From: Nemertoderma westbladi | Taxonomy: Eukaryota > Animalia > Xenacoelomorpha | Assembly: GCA_032718475.1 (NCBI GenBank) | Contig: JAUCBJ010001812.1 | Span: 1-64,000, forward strand | Direction: 5' to 3' | Length of the DNA: 64,000 nucleotides | Shown here: positions 1 through 13,224 of the stretch, one piece after another | Position numbering within the stretch: the first letter of the stretch is position 1 | How the letters are laid out: each line of letters opens with the position of its first letter | The notes under the pieces: model-generated | Seen by the model: only the letters and a program-made list of their open reading frames with translations | Databases searched by the model: none | What the model was told of the DNA's origin: nothing | Made by a program: the position numbers and the translations under genes

Positions 1-306
1 TCAAATAATGTTATAGCTGGTCGTTTGTTTGTCAGACGATATAAATAAAACGGAATAATATGATAAGTGAGTCCGATTATGTGTGAATGAAGTCAGCGTG
101 TAGTATCACACAGTGCTAACTATGGTCAACGATATCATGACGTCATATAGGGAGAGTGATATTAGTCGCTACGATGACGTCACACTTGCGGAATAAACGA
201 GTGGCCGAAGTTACCCTGCTAGTTTATGACGTCAGAGAGACGTCAGTGATGGTGACGTTCTCAACATGATGGTGACGTCACACACGTGGTGATGTTGCCA
301 CGATTA

Positions 307-500
307 CTAATTGTCGAACATGTAGGCGACAAGTTCGTAGACAGCCATGGTGATTGCAATGTTGGGTGTCTGTCTGGTGATATGGGCTGCCAGGCCGCTG
401 TACATGCCGGCCCGGCCCTCGGTGCGAGCCATGCAGGCGAGGCCGTGGAAGACGTGACGATATGTGCAGTCCCGTTGACGCAGTCGTGTCCTTAGAACCT
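307..500 (-). CDS. SLC25A36: Last coding exon of SLC25A36/SLC25A33-like mitochondrial pyrimidine nucleotide carrier (Rim2 family)
   Basis: Minus-strand acceptor ttgcag|AG. Translates (E)VLRTRLRQRDCTYRHVFHGLACMARTEGRAGMYSGLAAHITRQTPNIAITMAVYELVAYMFDN*, which matches the SLC25A33/36 C-terminus (YPHEVVRTRLRE...RQIPNTAIMMATYELVV). In phase with the upstream exon ending CAC G. Confidence 0.93.
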
Positions 501-535
501 CTGCAACGGAATATATTAAAGAGTTACAATTACAG

Positions 536-831
536 TCCGACCGACCGACCGACCGACCGACCGACCGACCGACCGACCGACCGACCGACCGACCGACCGA
601 CCGACCGACCGACCGACCGACCGACCGACCGACCGACCGACCGACCGACCGACCGACCGACCGACCGACCGACCGACCGACCGACCGACCGAACGACCGA
701 CCCCCCCCCCCCCACCGACCGACCGGCACAGTGACCGACCGACCGACCCCCCCACCGACCGACCGGCACAGTGACCGACCGACCGACCGACCGACCGACC
801 GACCGACCGACCGACCGACCGACCGACCGAC
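536..831. repeat. (GACC)n tetranucleotide microsatellite, interrupted by two copies of cccccaccgaccgaccggcacagt
   Basis: Directly visible; lies about 35 nt from the last-exon acceptor. Confidence 0.97.
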
Positions 832-860
832 ACTTTAAAAAATATTGGAACTTTTCTCTA

Positions 861-3800
861 GTACAGTCGAACACCTACCGTGTGGGTTGGTACCTAACTA
901 GGTACCGGTACAGCCGAACACCTACCGTGTGGGTTGGTACCTAACTAGGTACCGGTACAGCCTAACACCTACCGTGTGGGTTGGTACCTAACTAGGTACC
1001 GGTACAGCCTAACACCTACCGTGTGGGTTGGTACCTAACTAGGTACCGGTACAGCCTAACACCTACCGTGTGGGTTGGTACCTAACCAGGTACCGGTACA
1101 GCCTAACACCTACCGTGTGGGTTGGTACCTAACCAGGTACCGGTACAGCCTAACACCTACCGTGTGGGTTGGTACCTAACTAGGTACCGGTACAGCCTAA
1201 CACCTACCGTGTGGGTTGGTACCTAACTAGGTACCGGTACAGCCTAACACCTACCGTGTGGTCTGGTACCTAACTAGGTACCGGTACAGCCTAACACCTA
1301 CCGTGTGGTCTGGTACCTAACTAGGTACCGATACAGCCTAACACCTACCGTGTGGTCTGGTACCTAACCAGGTACCGGTACAGCCTAACACCTACCGTGT
1401 GGGTTGGTACCTAACTAGGTACCGGTACAGCCTAACACCTACCGTGTGGTCTGGTACCTAACTAGGTACCGGTACAGCCTAACACCTACCGTGTGGTCTG
1501 GTACCTAACTAGGTACCGATACAGCCTAACACCTACCGTGTGGTCTGGTACCTAACCAGGTACCGGTACAGCCTAACACCTACCGTGTGGTCAGGTACCG
1601 GTACAGCCTAACACCTACAGTGTGGATTGGTTCCTAACTAGGTACCGGTACAGCCGAACACCTACCGTGTGGGTTGGTACCTAACCAGGTACCGGTACAG
1701 CCTAACACCTACCGTGTGGGTTGGTACCTAACTAGGTACCGGTACTGCCTAACACCTACCGTGTGGGTTGGTACCTAACTAGGTACCGGTACAGCCGAAC
1801 ACCTACCGTGTGGGTTGGTACCTAACCAGGTACCGGTACAGCCTAACACCTACCGTGTGGGTTGGTTCCTAACTAGGTACCGGTACAGCCGAACACCTAC
1901 CGTGTGGGTTGGTATCTAACTAGGTACCGGTACAGCCGAAAACCTACCGTGTGGGTTGGTACCTAACCAGGTACCGGTACAGCCTAACACCTACCGTGTG
2001 GGTTGGTACCTAACCAGGTACCGGTACAGCCTAACACCTACCGTGTGGGTTGGTACCTAACTAGGTACCGGTACAGCCTAACACCTACCGTGTGGGTTGG
2101 TACCTAACTAGGTACCGGTACAGCCTAACACCTACCGTGTGGTCTGGTACCTAACTAGGTACCGGTACAGCCTAACACCTACCGTGTGGTCAGGTACCGG
2201 TACAGCCTAACACCTACAGTGTGGATTGGTTCCTAACTAGGTACCGGTACAGCCGAACACCTACCGTGTGGGTTGGTACCTAACTAGGTACCGGTACAGC
2301 CTAACACCTACCGTGTGGTCAGGTACCGATACAGCCTAACACCTACCGTGTGGTCAGGTACCGATACAGCCTAACACCTACCGTGTGGTCAGGTACCGGT
2401 ACAGCCTAACACCTACAGTGTGGATTGGTTCCTAACTAGGTACCGGTACAGCCGAACACCTACCGTGTGGGTTGGTACCTAACTAGGTACCGGTACAGCC
2501 TAACACCTACCGTGTGGTCTGGTACCTAACTAGGTACCGGTACAGCCTAACACCTACCGTGTGGTCAGGTACCGGTACAGCCTAACACCTACAGTGTGGA
2601 TTGGTTCCTAACTAGGTACCGGTACAGCCGAACACCTACCGTGTGGGTTGGTACCTAACTAGGTACCGGTACAGCCTAACACCTACCGTGTGGTCAGGTA
2701 CCGATACAGCCTAACACCTACCGTGTGGTCTGGTACCTAACCAGGTACCGGTACAGACTAACACCTACCGTGTGGTCAGGTACCGGTACAGCCTAACACC
2801 TACAGTGTGGATTGGTTCCTAACTAGGTACCGGTACAGCCGAACACCTACCGTGTGGGTTGGTACCTAACCAGGTACCGGTACAGCCTAACACCTACCGT
2901 GTGGGTTGGTACCTAACTAGGTACCGGTACTGCCTAACACCTACCGTGTGGGTTGGTACCTAACTAGGTACCGGTACAGCCGAACACCTACCGTGTGGGT
3001 TGGTACCTAATCAGGTACCGGTACAGCCTAACACCTACCGTGTGGGTTGGTTCCTAACTAGGTACCGGTACAGCCGAACACCTACCGTGTGGGTTGGTAT
3101 CTAACTAGGTACCGGTACAGCCGAAAACCTACCGTGTGGGTTGGTACCTAACCAGGTACCGGTACAGCCTAACACCTACCGTGTGGGTTGGTACCTAACC
3201 AGGTACCGGTACAGCCTAACACCTACCGTGTGGGTTGGTACCTAACTAGGTACCGGTACAGCCTAACACCTACCGTGTGGTCTGGTACCTAACTAGGTAC
3301 CGGTACAGCCTAACACCTACCGTGTGGGTTGGTACCTAACTAGGTACCGGTACAGCCTAACACCTACCGTGTGGTCTGGTACCTAACTAGGTACCGATAC
3401 AGCCTAACACCTACCGTGTGGTCTGGTACCTAACCAGGTACCGGTACAGCCTAACACCTACCGTGTGGGTTGGTACCTAACTAGGTACCGGTACAGCCTA
3501 ACACCTACCGTGTGGGTTGGTACCTAACTAGGTACCGGTACAGCCTAACACCTACCGTGTGGGTTGGTACCTAACTAGGTACCGGTACAGCCTAACACCT
3601 ACCGTGTGGGTTGGTACCTAACCAGGTACCGGTACAGCCTAACACCTACCGTGTGGGTTGGTACCTAACCAGGTACCGGTACAGCCTAACACCTACCGTG
3701 TGGGTTGGTACCTAACTAGGTACCGGTACAGCCTAACACCTACCGTGTGGGTTGGTACCTAACCAGGTACCGGTACAGCCTAACACCTACCGTGTGGGTT

Positions 3801-6800
3801 GGTACCTAACTAGGTACCGGTACAGCCTAACACCTACCGTGTGGGTTGGTACCTAACTAGGTACCGGTACAGCCTAACACCTACCGTGTGGGTTGGTACC
3901 TAACCAGGTACCGGTACAGCCTAACACCTACCGTGTGGGTTGGTACCTAACCAGGTACCGGTACAGCCTAACACCTACCGTGTGGGTTGGTACCTAACTA
4001 GGTACCGGTACAGCCTAACACCTACCGTGTGGGTTGGTACCTAACCAGGTACCGGTACAGCCTAACACCTACCGTGTGGGTTGGTACCTAACTAGGTACC
4101 GGTACAGCCTAACACCTACCGTGTGGGTTGGTACCTAACCAGGTACCGGTACAGCCTAACACCTACCGTGTGGGTTGGTACCTAACTAGGTACCGGTACA
4201 GCCTAACACCTACCGTGTGGGTTGGTACCTAACTAGGTACCGGTACAGCCTAACACCTACCGTGTGGGTTGGTACCTAACCAGGTACCGGTACAGCCTAA
4301 CACCTACCGTGTGGGTTGGTACCTAACTAGGTACCGGTACAGCCTAACACCTACCGTGTGGGTTGGTACCTAACTAGGTACCGGTACAGCCTAACACCTA
4401 CCGTGTGGGTTGGTACCTAACCAGGTACCGGTACAGCCTAACACCTACCGTGTGGGTTGGTACCTAACTAGGTACCGGTACAGCCTAACACCTACCGTGT
4501 GGGTTGGTACCTAACTAGGTACCGGTACAGCCTAACACCTACCGTGTGGGTTGGTACCTAACTAGGTACCGGTACAGCCTAACACCTACCGTGTGGGTTG
4601 GTACCTAACTAGGTACCGGTACAGCCTAACACCTACCGTGTGGGTTGGTACCTAACTAGGTACCGGTACAGCCTAACACCTACCGTGTGGGTTGGTACCT
4701 AACTAGGTACCGGTACAGCCTAACACCTACCGTGTGGGTTGGTACCTAACTAGGTACCGGTACAGCCGAACTCCTACTGTGTTGTGGGTTGGTACCTAAC
4801 TAGGTACCGGTACAGCCTAACACCTACCGTGTGGGTTGGTACCTAACTAGGTACCGGTACAGCCGAACACCTACCGTGTGGGTTGGTACCGGTACCTAAC
4901 TAGGTACCGGTACAGCCTAACACCTACCGTGTGGGTTGGTACCTAACTAGGTACCGGTACAGCCTAACACCTACCGTGTGGGTTGGTACCTAACTAGGTA
5001 CCGGTACAGCCGAACACCTACCGTGTGGGTTGGTACCTAACTAGGTACCGGTACAGCCTAACACCTACCGTGTGGGTTGGTACCTAACTAGGTACCGGTA
5101 CAGCCTAACACCTACCGTGTGGGTTGGTACCTAACTAGGTACCGGTACAGCCTAACACCTACCGTGTGGGTTGGTACCTAACTAGGTACCGGTACAGCCT
5201 AACACCTACCGTGTGGGTTGGTACCTAACTAGGTACCGGTACAGCCTAACACCTACCGTGTGGGTTGGTACCTAACTAGGTACCGGTACAGTCGAACTCC
5301 TACTGTGTTGTGGGTTGGTACCTAACTAGGTACCGGTACAGTCGAACTCCTACTGTGTTGTGGGTTGGTACCTAACTAGGTACCGGTACAGCCTAACACC
5401 TACCGTGTGGGTTGGTACCTAACTAGGTACCGGTACAGCCGAACACCTACCGTGTGGGTTGGTACCTAACTAGGTACCGGTACAGCCTAACACCTACCGT
5501 GTGGGTTGGTACCTAACTAGGTACCGGTACAGCCGAACACCTACCGTCGTACCGGCGCCTCCCTCGGTACCTAACTAGGTACCGGTACAGCCGAACACCT
5601 ACCGTGTGGGTTGGTACCTAACCTAGGTACCGGTACAGCCTAACACCTACCGTGTGGGTTGGTACCTAACTAGGTACCGGTACAGCCGAACACCTACCGT
5701 GTGGGTTGGTACCTAACTAGGTACCGGTACAGCCTAACACCTACCGTGTGGGTTGGTACCTAACTAGGTACCGGTACAGCCGAACACCTACCGTGTGGGT
5801 TGGTACCTAACCAGGTACCGGTACAGCCTAACACCTACCGTGTGGGTTGGTACCTAACTAGGTACCGGTACTGCCTAACACCTACCGTGTGGGTTGGTAC
5901 CTAACTAGGTACCGGTACAGCCGAACACCTACCGTGTGGGTTGGTACCTAACTCAGGTACCGGTACAGCCTAACACCTACCGTGTGGGTTGGTACCTAAC
6001 TAGGTACCGGTACAGCCGAACACCTACCGTGTGGGTTGGTACCTAACTAGGTACCGGTACAGCCGAACACCTACCGTGTGGGTTGGTACCTAACCAGGTA
6101 CCGGTACAGCCTAACACCTACCGTGTGGGTTGGTACCTAACCAGGTACCGGTACAGCCTAACACCTACCGTGTGGGTTGGTACCTAACTAGGTACCGGTA
6201 CAGCCTAACACCTACCGTGTGGGTTGGTACCTAACTAGGTACCGGTACAGCCTAACACCTACCGTGTGGGTTGGTACCTAACTAGGTACCGGTACAGCCT
6301 AACACCTACCGTGTGGTCTGGTACCTAACTAGGTACCGATACAGCCTAACACCTACCGTGTGGTCTGGTACCTAACCAGGTACCGGTACAGCCTAACACC
6401 TACCGTGTGGGTTGGTACCTAACTAGGTACCGGTACAGCCTAACACCTACCGTGTGGGTTGGTACCTAACTAGGTACCGGTACAGCCTAACACCTACCGT
6501 GTGGGTTGGTACCTAACTAGGTACCGGTACAGCCTAACACCTACCGTGTGGGTTGGTACCTAACTAGGTACCGGTACAGCCTAACACCTACCGTGTGGGT
6601 TGGTACCTAACCAGGTACCGGTACAGCCTAACACCTACCGTGTGGGTTGGTACCTAACTAGGTACCGGTACAGCCTAACACCTACCGTGTGGGTTGGTAC
6701 CTAACTAGGTACCGGTACAGCCTAACACCTACCGTGTGGGTTGGTACCTAACTAGGTACCGGTACAGCCTAACACCTACCGTGTGGGTTGGTACCTAACT

Positions 6801-9800
6801 AGGTACCGGTACAGCCTAACACCTACCGTGTGGGTTGGTACCTAACTAGGTACCGGTACAGCCTAACACCTACCGTGTGGGTTGGTACCTAACCAGGTAC
6901 CGGTACAGCCTAACACCTACCGTGTGGGTTGGTACCTAACTAGGTACCGGTACAGCCTAACACCTACCGTGTGGGTTGGTACCTAACTAGGTACCGGTAC
7001 AGCCTAACACCTACCGTGTGGGTTGGTACCTAACTAGGTACCGGTACAGCCTAACACCTACCGTGTGGGTTGGTACCTAACCAGGTACCGGTACAGCCTA
7101 ACACCTACCGTGTGGGTTGGTACCTAACTAGGTACCGGTACAGCCTAACACCTACCGTGTGGGTTGGTACCTAACTAGGTACCGGTACAGCCTAACACCT
7201 ACCGTGTGGGTTGGTACCTAACCAGGTACCGGTACAGCCTAACACCTACCGTGTGGGTTGGTACCTAACTAGGTACCGGTACAGCCTAACACCTACCGTG
7301 TGGGTTGGTACCTAACTAGGTACCGGTACAGCCTAACACCTACCGTGTGGGTTGGTACCTAACCAGGTACCGGTACAGCCTAACACCTACCGTGTGGGTT
7401 GGTACCTAACTAGGTACCGGTACAGCCTAACACCTACCGTGTGGGTTGGTACCTAACTAGGTACCGGTACAGCCTAACACCTACCGTGTGGGTTGGTACC
7501 TAACTAGGTACCGGTACAGCCTAACACCTACCGTGTGGGTTGGTACCTAACTAGGTACCGGTACAGCCTAACACCTACCGTGTGGGTTGGTACCTAACTA
7601 GGTACCGGTACAGCCTAACACCTACCGTGTGGGTTGGTACCTAACTAGGTACCGGTACAGCCTAACACCTACCGTGTGGGTTGGTACCTAACTAGGTACC
7701 GGTACAGCCGAACACCTACCGTGTGGGTTGGTACCTAACTAGGTACCGGTACAGCCTAACACCTACCGTGTGGGTTGGTACCTAACTAGGTACCGGTACA
7801 GCCGAACACCTACCGTGTGGGTTGGTACCTAACTAGGTACCGGTACAGCCTAACACCTACCGTGTGGGTTGGTACCTAACTAGGTACCGGTACAGCCTAA
7901 CACCTACCGTGTGGGTTGGTACCTAACTAGGTACCGGTACAGCCTAACACCTACCGTGTGGGTTGGTACCTAACTAGGTACCGGTACAGCCTAACACCTA
8001 CCGTGTGGGTTGGTACCTAACTAGGTACCGGTACAGCCTAACACCTACCGTGTGGGTTGGTACCTAACTAGGTACCGGTACAGCCTAACACCTACCGTGT
8101 GGGTTGGTACCTAACTAGGTACCGGTACAGCCTAACACCTACCGTGTGGGTTGGTACCTAACTAGGTACCGGTACAGCCTAACACCTACCGTGTGGGTTG
8201 GTACCTAACTAGGTACCGGTACAGCCTAACACCTACCGTGTGGGTTGGTACCTAACTAGGTACCGGTACAGCCTAACACCTACCGTGTGGGTTGGTACCT
8301 AACTAGGTACCGGTACAGCCTAACACCTACCGTGTGGGTTGGTACCTAACTAGGTACCGGTACAGCCGAACACCTACCGTGTGGGTTGGTACCTAACTAG
8401 GTACCGGTACAGCCTAACACCTACCGTGTGGGTTGGTACCTAACTAGGTACCGGTACAGCCTAACACCTACCGTGTGGGTTGGTACCTAACTAGGTACCG
8501 GTACAGCCTAACACCTACCGTGTGGGTTGGTACCTAACCAGGTACCGGTACAGCCTAACACCTACCGTGTGGGTTGGTACCTAACTAGGTACCGGTACAG
8601 CCTAACACCTACCGTGTGGGTTGGTACCTAACTAGGTACCGGTACAGCCTAACACCTACCGTGTGGGTTGGTACCTAACTAGGTACCGGTACAGCCTAAC
8701 ACCTACCGTGTGGGTTGGTACCTAACTAGGTACCGGTACAGCCTAACACCTACCGTGTGGGTTGGTACCTAACTAGGTACCGGTACAGCCTAACACCTAC
8801 CGTGTGGGTTGGTACCTAACTAGGTACCGGTACAGCCTAACACCTACCGTGTGGGTTGGTACCTAACTAGGTACCGGTACAGCCTAACACCTACCGTGTG
8901 GGTTGGTACCTAACTAGGTACCGGTACAGCCGAACACCTACCGTGTGGGTTGGTACCTAACTAGGTACCGGTACAGCCTAACACCTACCGTGTGGGTTGG
9001 TACCTAACTAGGTACCGGTACAGCCTAACACCTACCGTGTGGGTTGGTACCTAACTAGGTACCGGTACAGCCTAACACCTACCGTGTGGGTTGGTACCTA
9101 ACTAGGTACCGGTACAGCCTAACACCTACCGTGTGGGTTGGTACCTAACTAGGTACCGGTACAGCCTAACACCTACCGTGTGGGTTGGTACCTAACTAGG
9201 TACCGGTACAGCCTAACACCTACCGTGTGGGTTGGTACCTAACTAGGTACCGGTACAGCCTAACACCTACCGTGTGGGTTGGTACCTAACTAGGTACCGG
9301 TACAGCCTAACACCTACCGTGTGGGTTGGTACCTAACTAGGTACCGGTACAGCCTAACACCTACCGTGTGGGTTGGTACCTAACTAGGTACCGGTACAGC
9401 CTAACACCTACCGTGTGGGTTGGTACCTAACTAGGTACCGGTACAGCCTAACACCTACCGTGTGGGTTGGTACCTAACTAGGTACCGGTACAGCCTAACA
9501 CCTACCGTGTGGGTTGGTACCTAACTAGGTACCGGTACAGCCTAACACCTACCGTGTGGGTTGGTACCTAACTAGGTACCGGTACAGCCTAACACCTACC
9601 GTGTGGGTTGGTACCTAACTAGGTACCGGTACAGCCTAACACCTACCGTGTGGGTTGGTACCTAACTAGGTACCGGTACAGCCTAACACCTACCGTGTGG
9701 GTTGGTACCTAACTAGGTACCGGTACAGCCTAACACCTACCGTGTGGGTTGGTACCTAACTAGGTACCGGTACAGCCTAACACCTACCGTGTGGGTTGGT

Positions 9801-12800
9801 ACCTAACCAGGTACCGGTACAGCCTAACACCTACCGTGTGGGTTGGTACCTAACTAGGTACCGGTACAGCCTAACACCTACCGTGTGGGTTGGTACCTAA
9901 CTAGGTACCGGTACAGCCTAACACCTACCGTGTGGGTTGGTACCTAACCAGGTACCGGTACAGCCTAACACCTACCGTGTGGGTTGGTACCTAACTAGGT
10001 ACCGGTACAGCCTAACACCTACCGTGTGGGTTGGTACCTAACTAGGTACCGGTACAGCCTAACACCTACCGTGTGGGTTGGTACCTAACCAGGTACCGGT
10101 ACAGCCTAACACCTACCGTGTGGGTTGGTACCTAACTAGGTACCGGTACAGCCTAACACCTACCGTGTGGGTTGGTACCTAACTAGGTACCGGTACAGCC
10201 TAACACCTACCGTGTGGGTTGGTACCTAACTAGGTACCGGTACAGCCTAACACCTACCGTGTGGGTTGGTACCTAACTAGGTACCGGTACAGCCTAACAC
10301 CTACCGTGTGGGTTGGTACCTAACTAGGTACCGGTACAGCCTAACACCTACCGTGTGGGTTGGTACCTAACTAGGTACCGGTACAGCCTAACACCTACCG
10401 TGTGGGTTGGTACCTAACTAGGTACCGGTACAGCCGAACACCTACCGTGTGGGTTGGTACCTAACTAGGTACCGGTACAGCCTAACACCTACCGTGTGGG
10501 TTGGTACCTAACTAGGTACCGGTACAGCCGAACACCTACCGTGTGGGTTGGTCCGGTACCTAACTAGGTACCGGTACAGCCTAACACCTACCGTGTGGGT
10601 TGGTACCTAACTAGGTACCGGTACAGCCTAACACCTACCGTGTGGGTTGGTACCTAACTAGGTACCGGTACAGCCTAACACCTACCGTGTGGGTTGGTAC
10701 CTAACTAGGTACCGGTACAGCCTAACACCTACCGTGTGGGTTGGTACCTAACTAGGTACCGGTACAGCCTAACACCTACCGTGTGGGTTGGTACCTAACT
10801 AGGTACCGGTACAGCCTAACACCTACCGTGTGGGTTGGTACCTAACTAGGTACCGGTACAGCCTAACACCTACCGTGTGGGTTGGTACCTAACTAGGTAC
10901 CGGTACAGCCTAACACCTACCGTGTGGGTTGGTACCTAACTAGGTACCGGTACAGCCGAACACCTACCGTGTTGTGGGTTGGTACCTAACTAGGTACCGG
11001 TACAGCCGAACACCTACCGTGTGGGTTGGTACCTAACTAGGTACCGGTACAGCCTAACACCTACCGTGTGGGTTGGTACCTAACTAGGTACCGGTACAGC
11101 CTAACACCTACCGTGTGGGTTGGTACCTAACTAGGTACCGGTACAGCCTAACACCTACCGTGTGGGTTGGTACCTAACTAGGTACCGGTACAGCCTAACA
11201 CCTACCGTGTGGGTTGGTACCTAACTAGGTACCGGTACAGCCTAACACCTACCGTGTGGGTTGGTACCTAACTAGGTACCGGTACAGCCTAACACCTACC
11301 GTGTGGGTTGGTACCTAACTAGGTACCGGTACAGCCTAACACCTACCGTGTGGGTTGGTACCTAACTAGGTACCGGTACAGCCTAACACCTACCGTGTGG
11401 GTTGGTACCTAACTAGGTACCGGTACAGCCTAACACCTACCGTGTGGGTTGGTACCTAACTAGGTACCGGTACAGCCGAACACCTACCGTGTGGGTTGGT
11501 ACCTAACTAGGTACCGGTACAGCCTAACACCTACCGTGTGGGTTGGTACCTAACTAGGTACCGGTACAGCCTAACACCTACCGTGTGGGTTGGTACCTAA
11601 CTAGGTACCGGTACAGCCTAACACCTACCGTGTGGGTTGGTACCTAACTAGGTACCGGTACAGCCTAACACCTACCGTGTGGGTTGGTACCTAACTAGGT
11701 ACCGGTACAGCCTAACACCTACCGTGTGGGTTGGTACCTAACTAGGTACCGGTACAGCCTAACACCTACCGTGTGGGTTGGTACCTAACTAGGTACCGGT
11801 ACAGCCTAACACCTACCGTGTGGGTTGGTACCTAACTAGGTACCGGTACAGCCTAACACCTACCGTGTGGGTTGGTACCTAACTAGGTACCGGTACAGCC
11901 GAACACCTACCGTGTGGGTTGGTACCTAACTAGGTACCGGTACAGCCTAACACCTACCGTGTGGGTTGGTACCTAACTAGGTACCGGTACAGCCTAACAC
12001 CTACCGTGTGGGTTGGTACCTAACTAGGTACCGGTACAGCCTAACACCTACCGTGTGGGTTGGTACCTAACTAGGTACCGGTACAGCCTAACACCTACCG
12101 TGTGGGTTGGTACCTAACTAGGTACCGGTACAGCCTAACACCTACCGTGTGGGTTGGTACCTAACTAGGTACCGGTACAGCCTAACACCTACCGTGTGGG
12201 TTGGTACCTAACTAGGTACCGGTACAGCCTAACACCTACCGTGTGGGTTGGTACCTAACTAGGTACCGGTACAGCCTAACACCTACCGTGTGGGTTGGTA
12301 CCTAACTAGGTACCGGTACAGCCTAACACCTACCGTGTGGGTTGGTACCTAACTAGGTACCGGTACAGCCTAACACCTACCGTGTGGGTTGGTACCTAAC
12401 TAGGTACCGGTACAGCCTAACACCTACCGTGTGGGTTGGTACCTAACTAGGTACCGGTACAGCCTAACACCTACCGTGTGGGTTGGTACCTAACTAGGTA
12501 CCGGTACAGCCTAACACCTACCGTGTGGGTTGGTACCTAACTAGGTACCGGTACAGCCTAACACCTACCGTGTGGGTTGGTACCTAACTAGGTACCGGTA
12601 CAGCCTAACACCTACCGTGTGGGTTGGTACCTAACTAGGTACCGGTACAGCCTAACACCTACCGTGTGGGTTGGTACCTAACTAGGTACCGGTACAGCCT
12701 AACACCTAACGTGTGGGTTGGTTTGGTACCTAACTAGGTACCGGTACAGCCTAACACCTACCGTGTGGGTTGGTACCTAACTAGGTACCGGTACAGCCTA

Positions 12801-12956
12801 ACACCTACCGTGTGGGTTGGTACCTAACTAGGTACCGGTACAGCCTAACACCTACCGTGTGGGTTGGTACCTAACTAGGTACCGGTACAGCCTAACACCT
12901 ACCGTGTGGGTTGGTACCTAACTAGGTACCGGTACAGCCGAACACCTACCGTGTGG
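861..12956 (-). repeat. 47-bp tandem array (~255-260 units) containing the SLC25A36 5' splice donor
   Basis: Plus-strand consensus cctaacacctaccgtgtgggttggtacctaactaggtaccggtacag. On the minus strand it reads CCACACG|GTAGGTGTT..., continuous with the exon end at 12950-12956. Some shortened 35-bp variants occur at ~1580-2790. Confidence 0.97.
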
Positions 12957-13224
12957 ATATGTGCAGAAGGAAGCGATATTTTTACTGCACATGGCAGCGA
13001 GCATAAACATGGCGAAATCTGTCCCAGTCCGCGTCTGTTTAATCGAGTCCTCGTCGTCTCGAGTAAGGATAGACCTTTTTATCTTCTCATATATAAAGAA
13101 ATGTATCACGGTCTCGGAAATCCCGAGATAGGATGCACTGATCCCTCGGAACAACGACCGGGGTCCCTCGAAACGCACAATGTCCCGCACACAGTGCAAG
13201 GAGGCCAGTCGGGAGTTACGGAAA
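12950..13224 (-). CDS. SLC25A36: Internal coding exon (275 nt) of SLC25A36-like carrier
   Basis: Acceptor tttctttcag|T, donor CACG|gtaggt. Translates FRNSRLASLHCVRDIVRFEGPRSLFRGISASYLGISETVIHFFIYEKIK...DFAMFMLAAMCSKNIASFCTYPH, including the family-typical SASYxGISETVIHFxIYE. Confidence 0.95.

Noticed and set aside
462-874. ORFs with GRSV/PTDR repeats
   Set aside because: Translations of the (GACC)n microsatellite; only 307-500 is coding.
861-12956. CRISPR array (palindromic repeats)
   Set aside because: Units are head-to-tail with no unique spacers, there are no cas genes, and the context is a spliceosomal intron.
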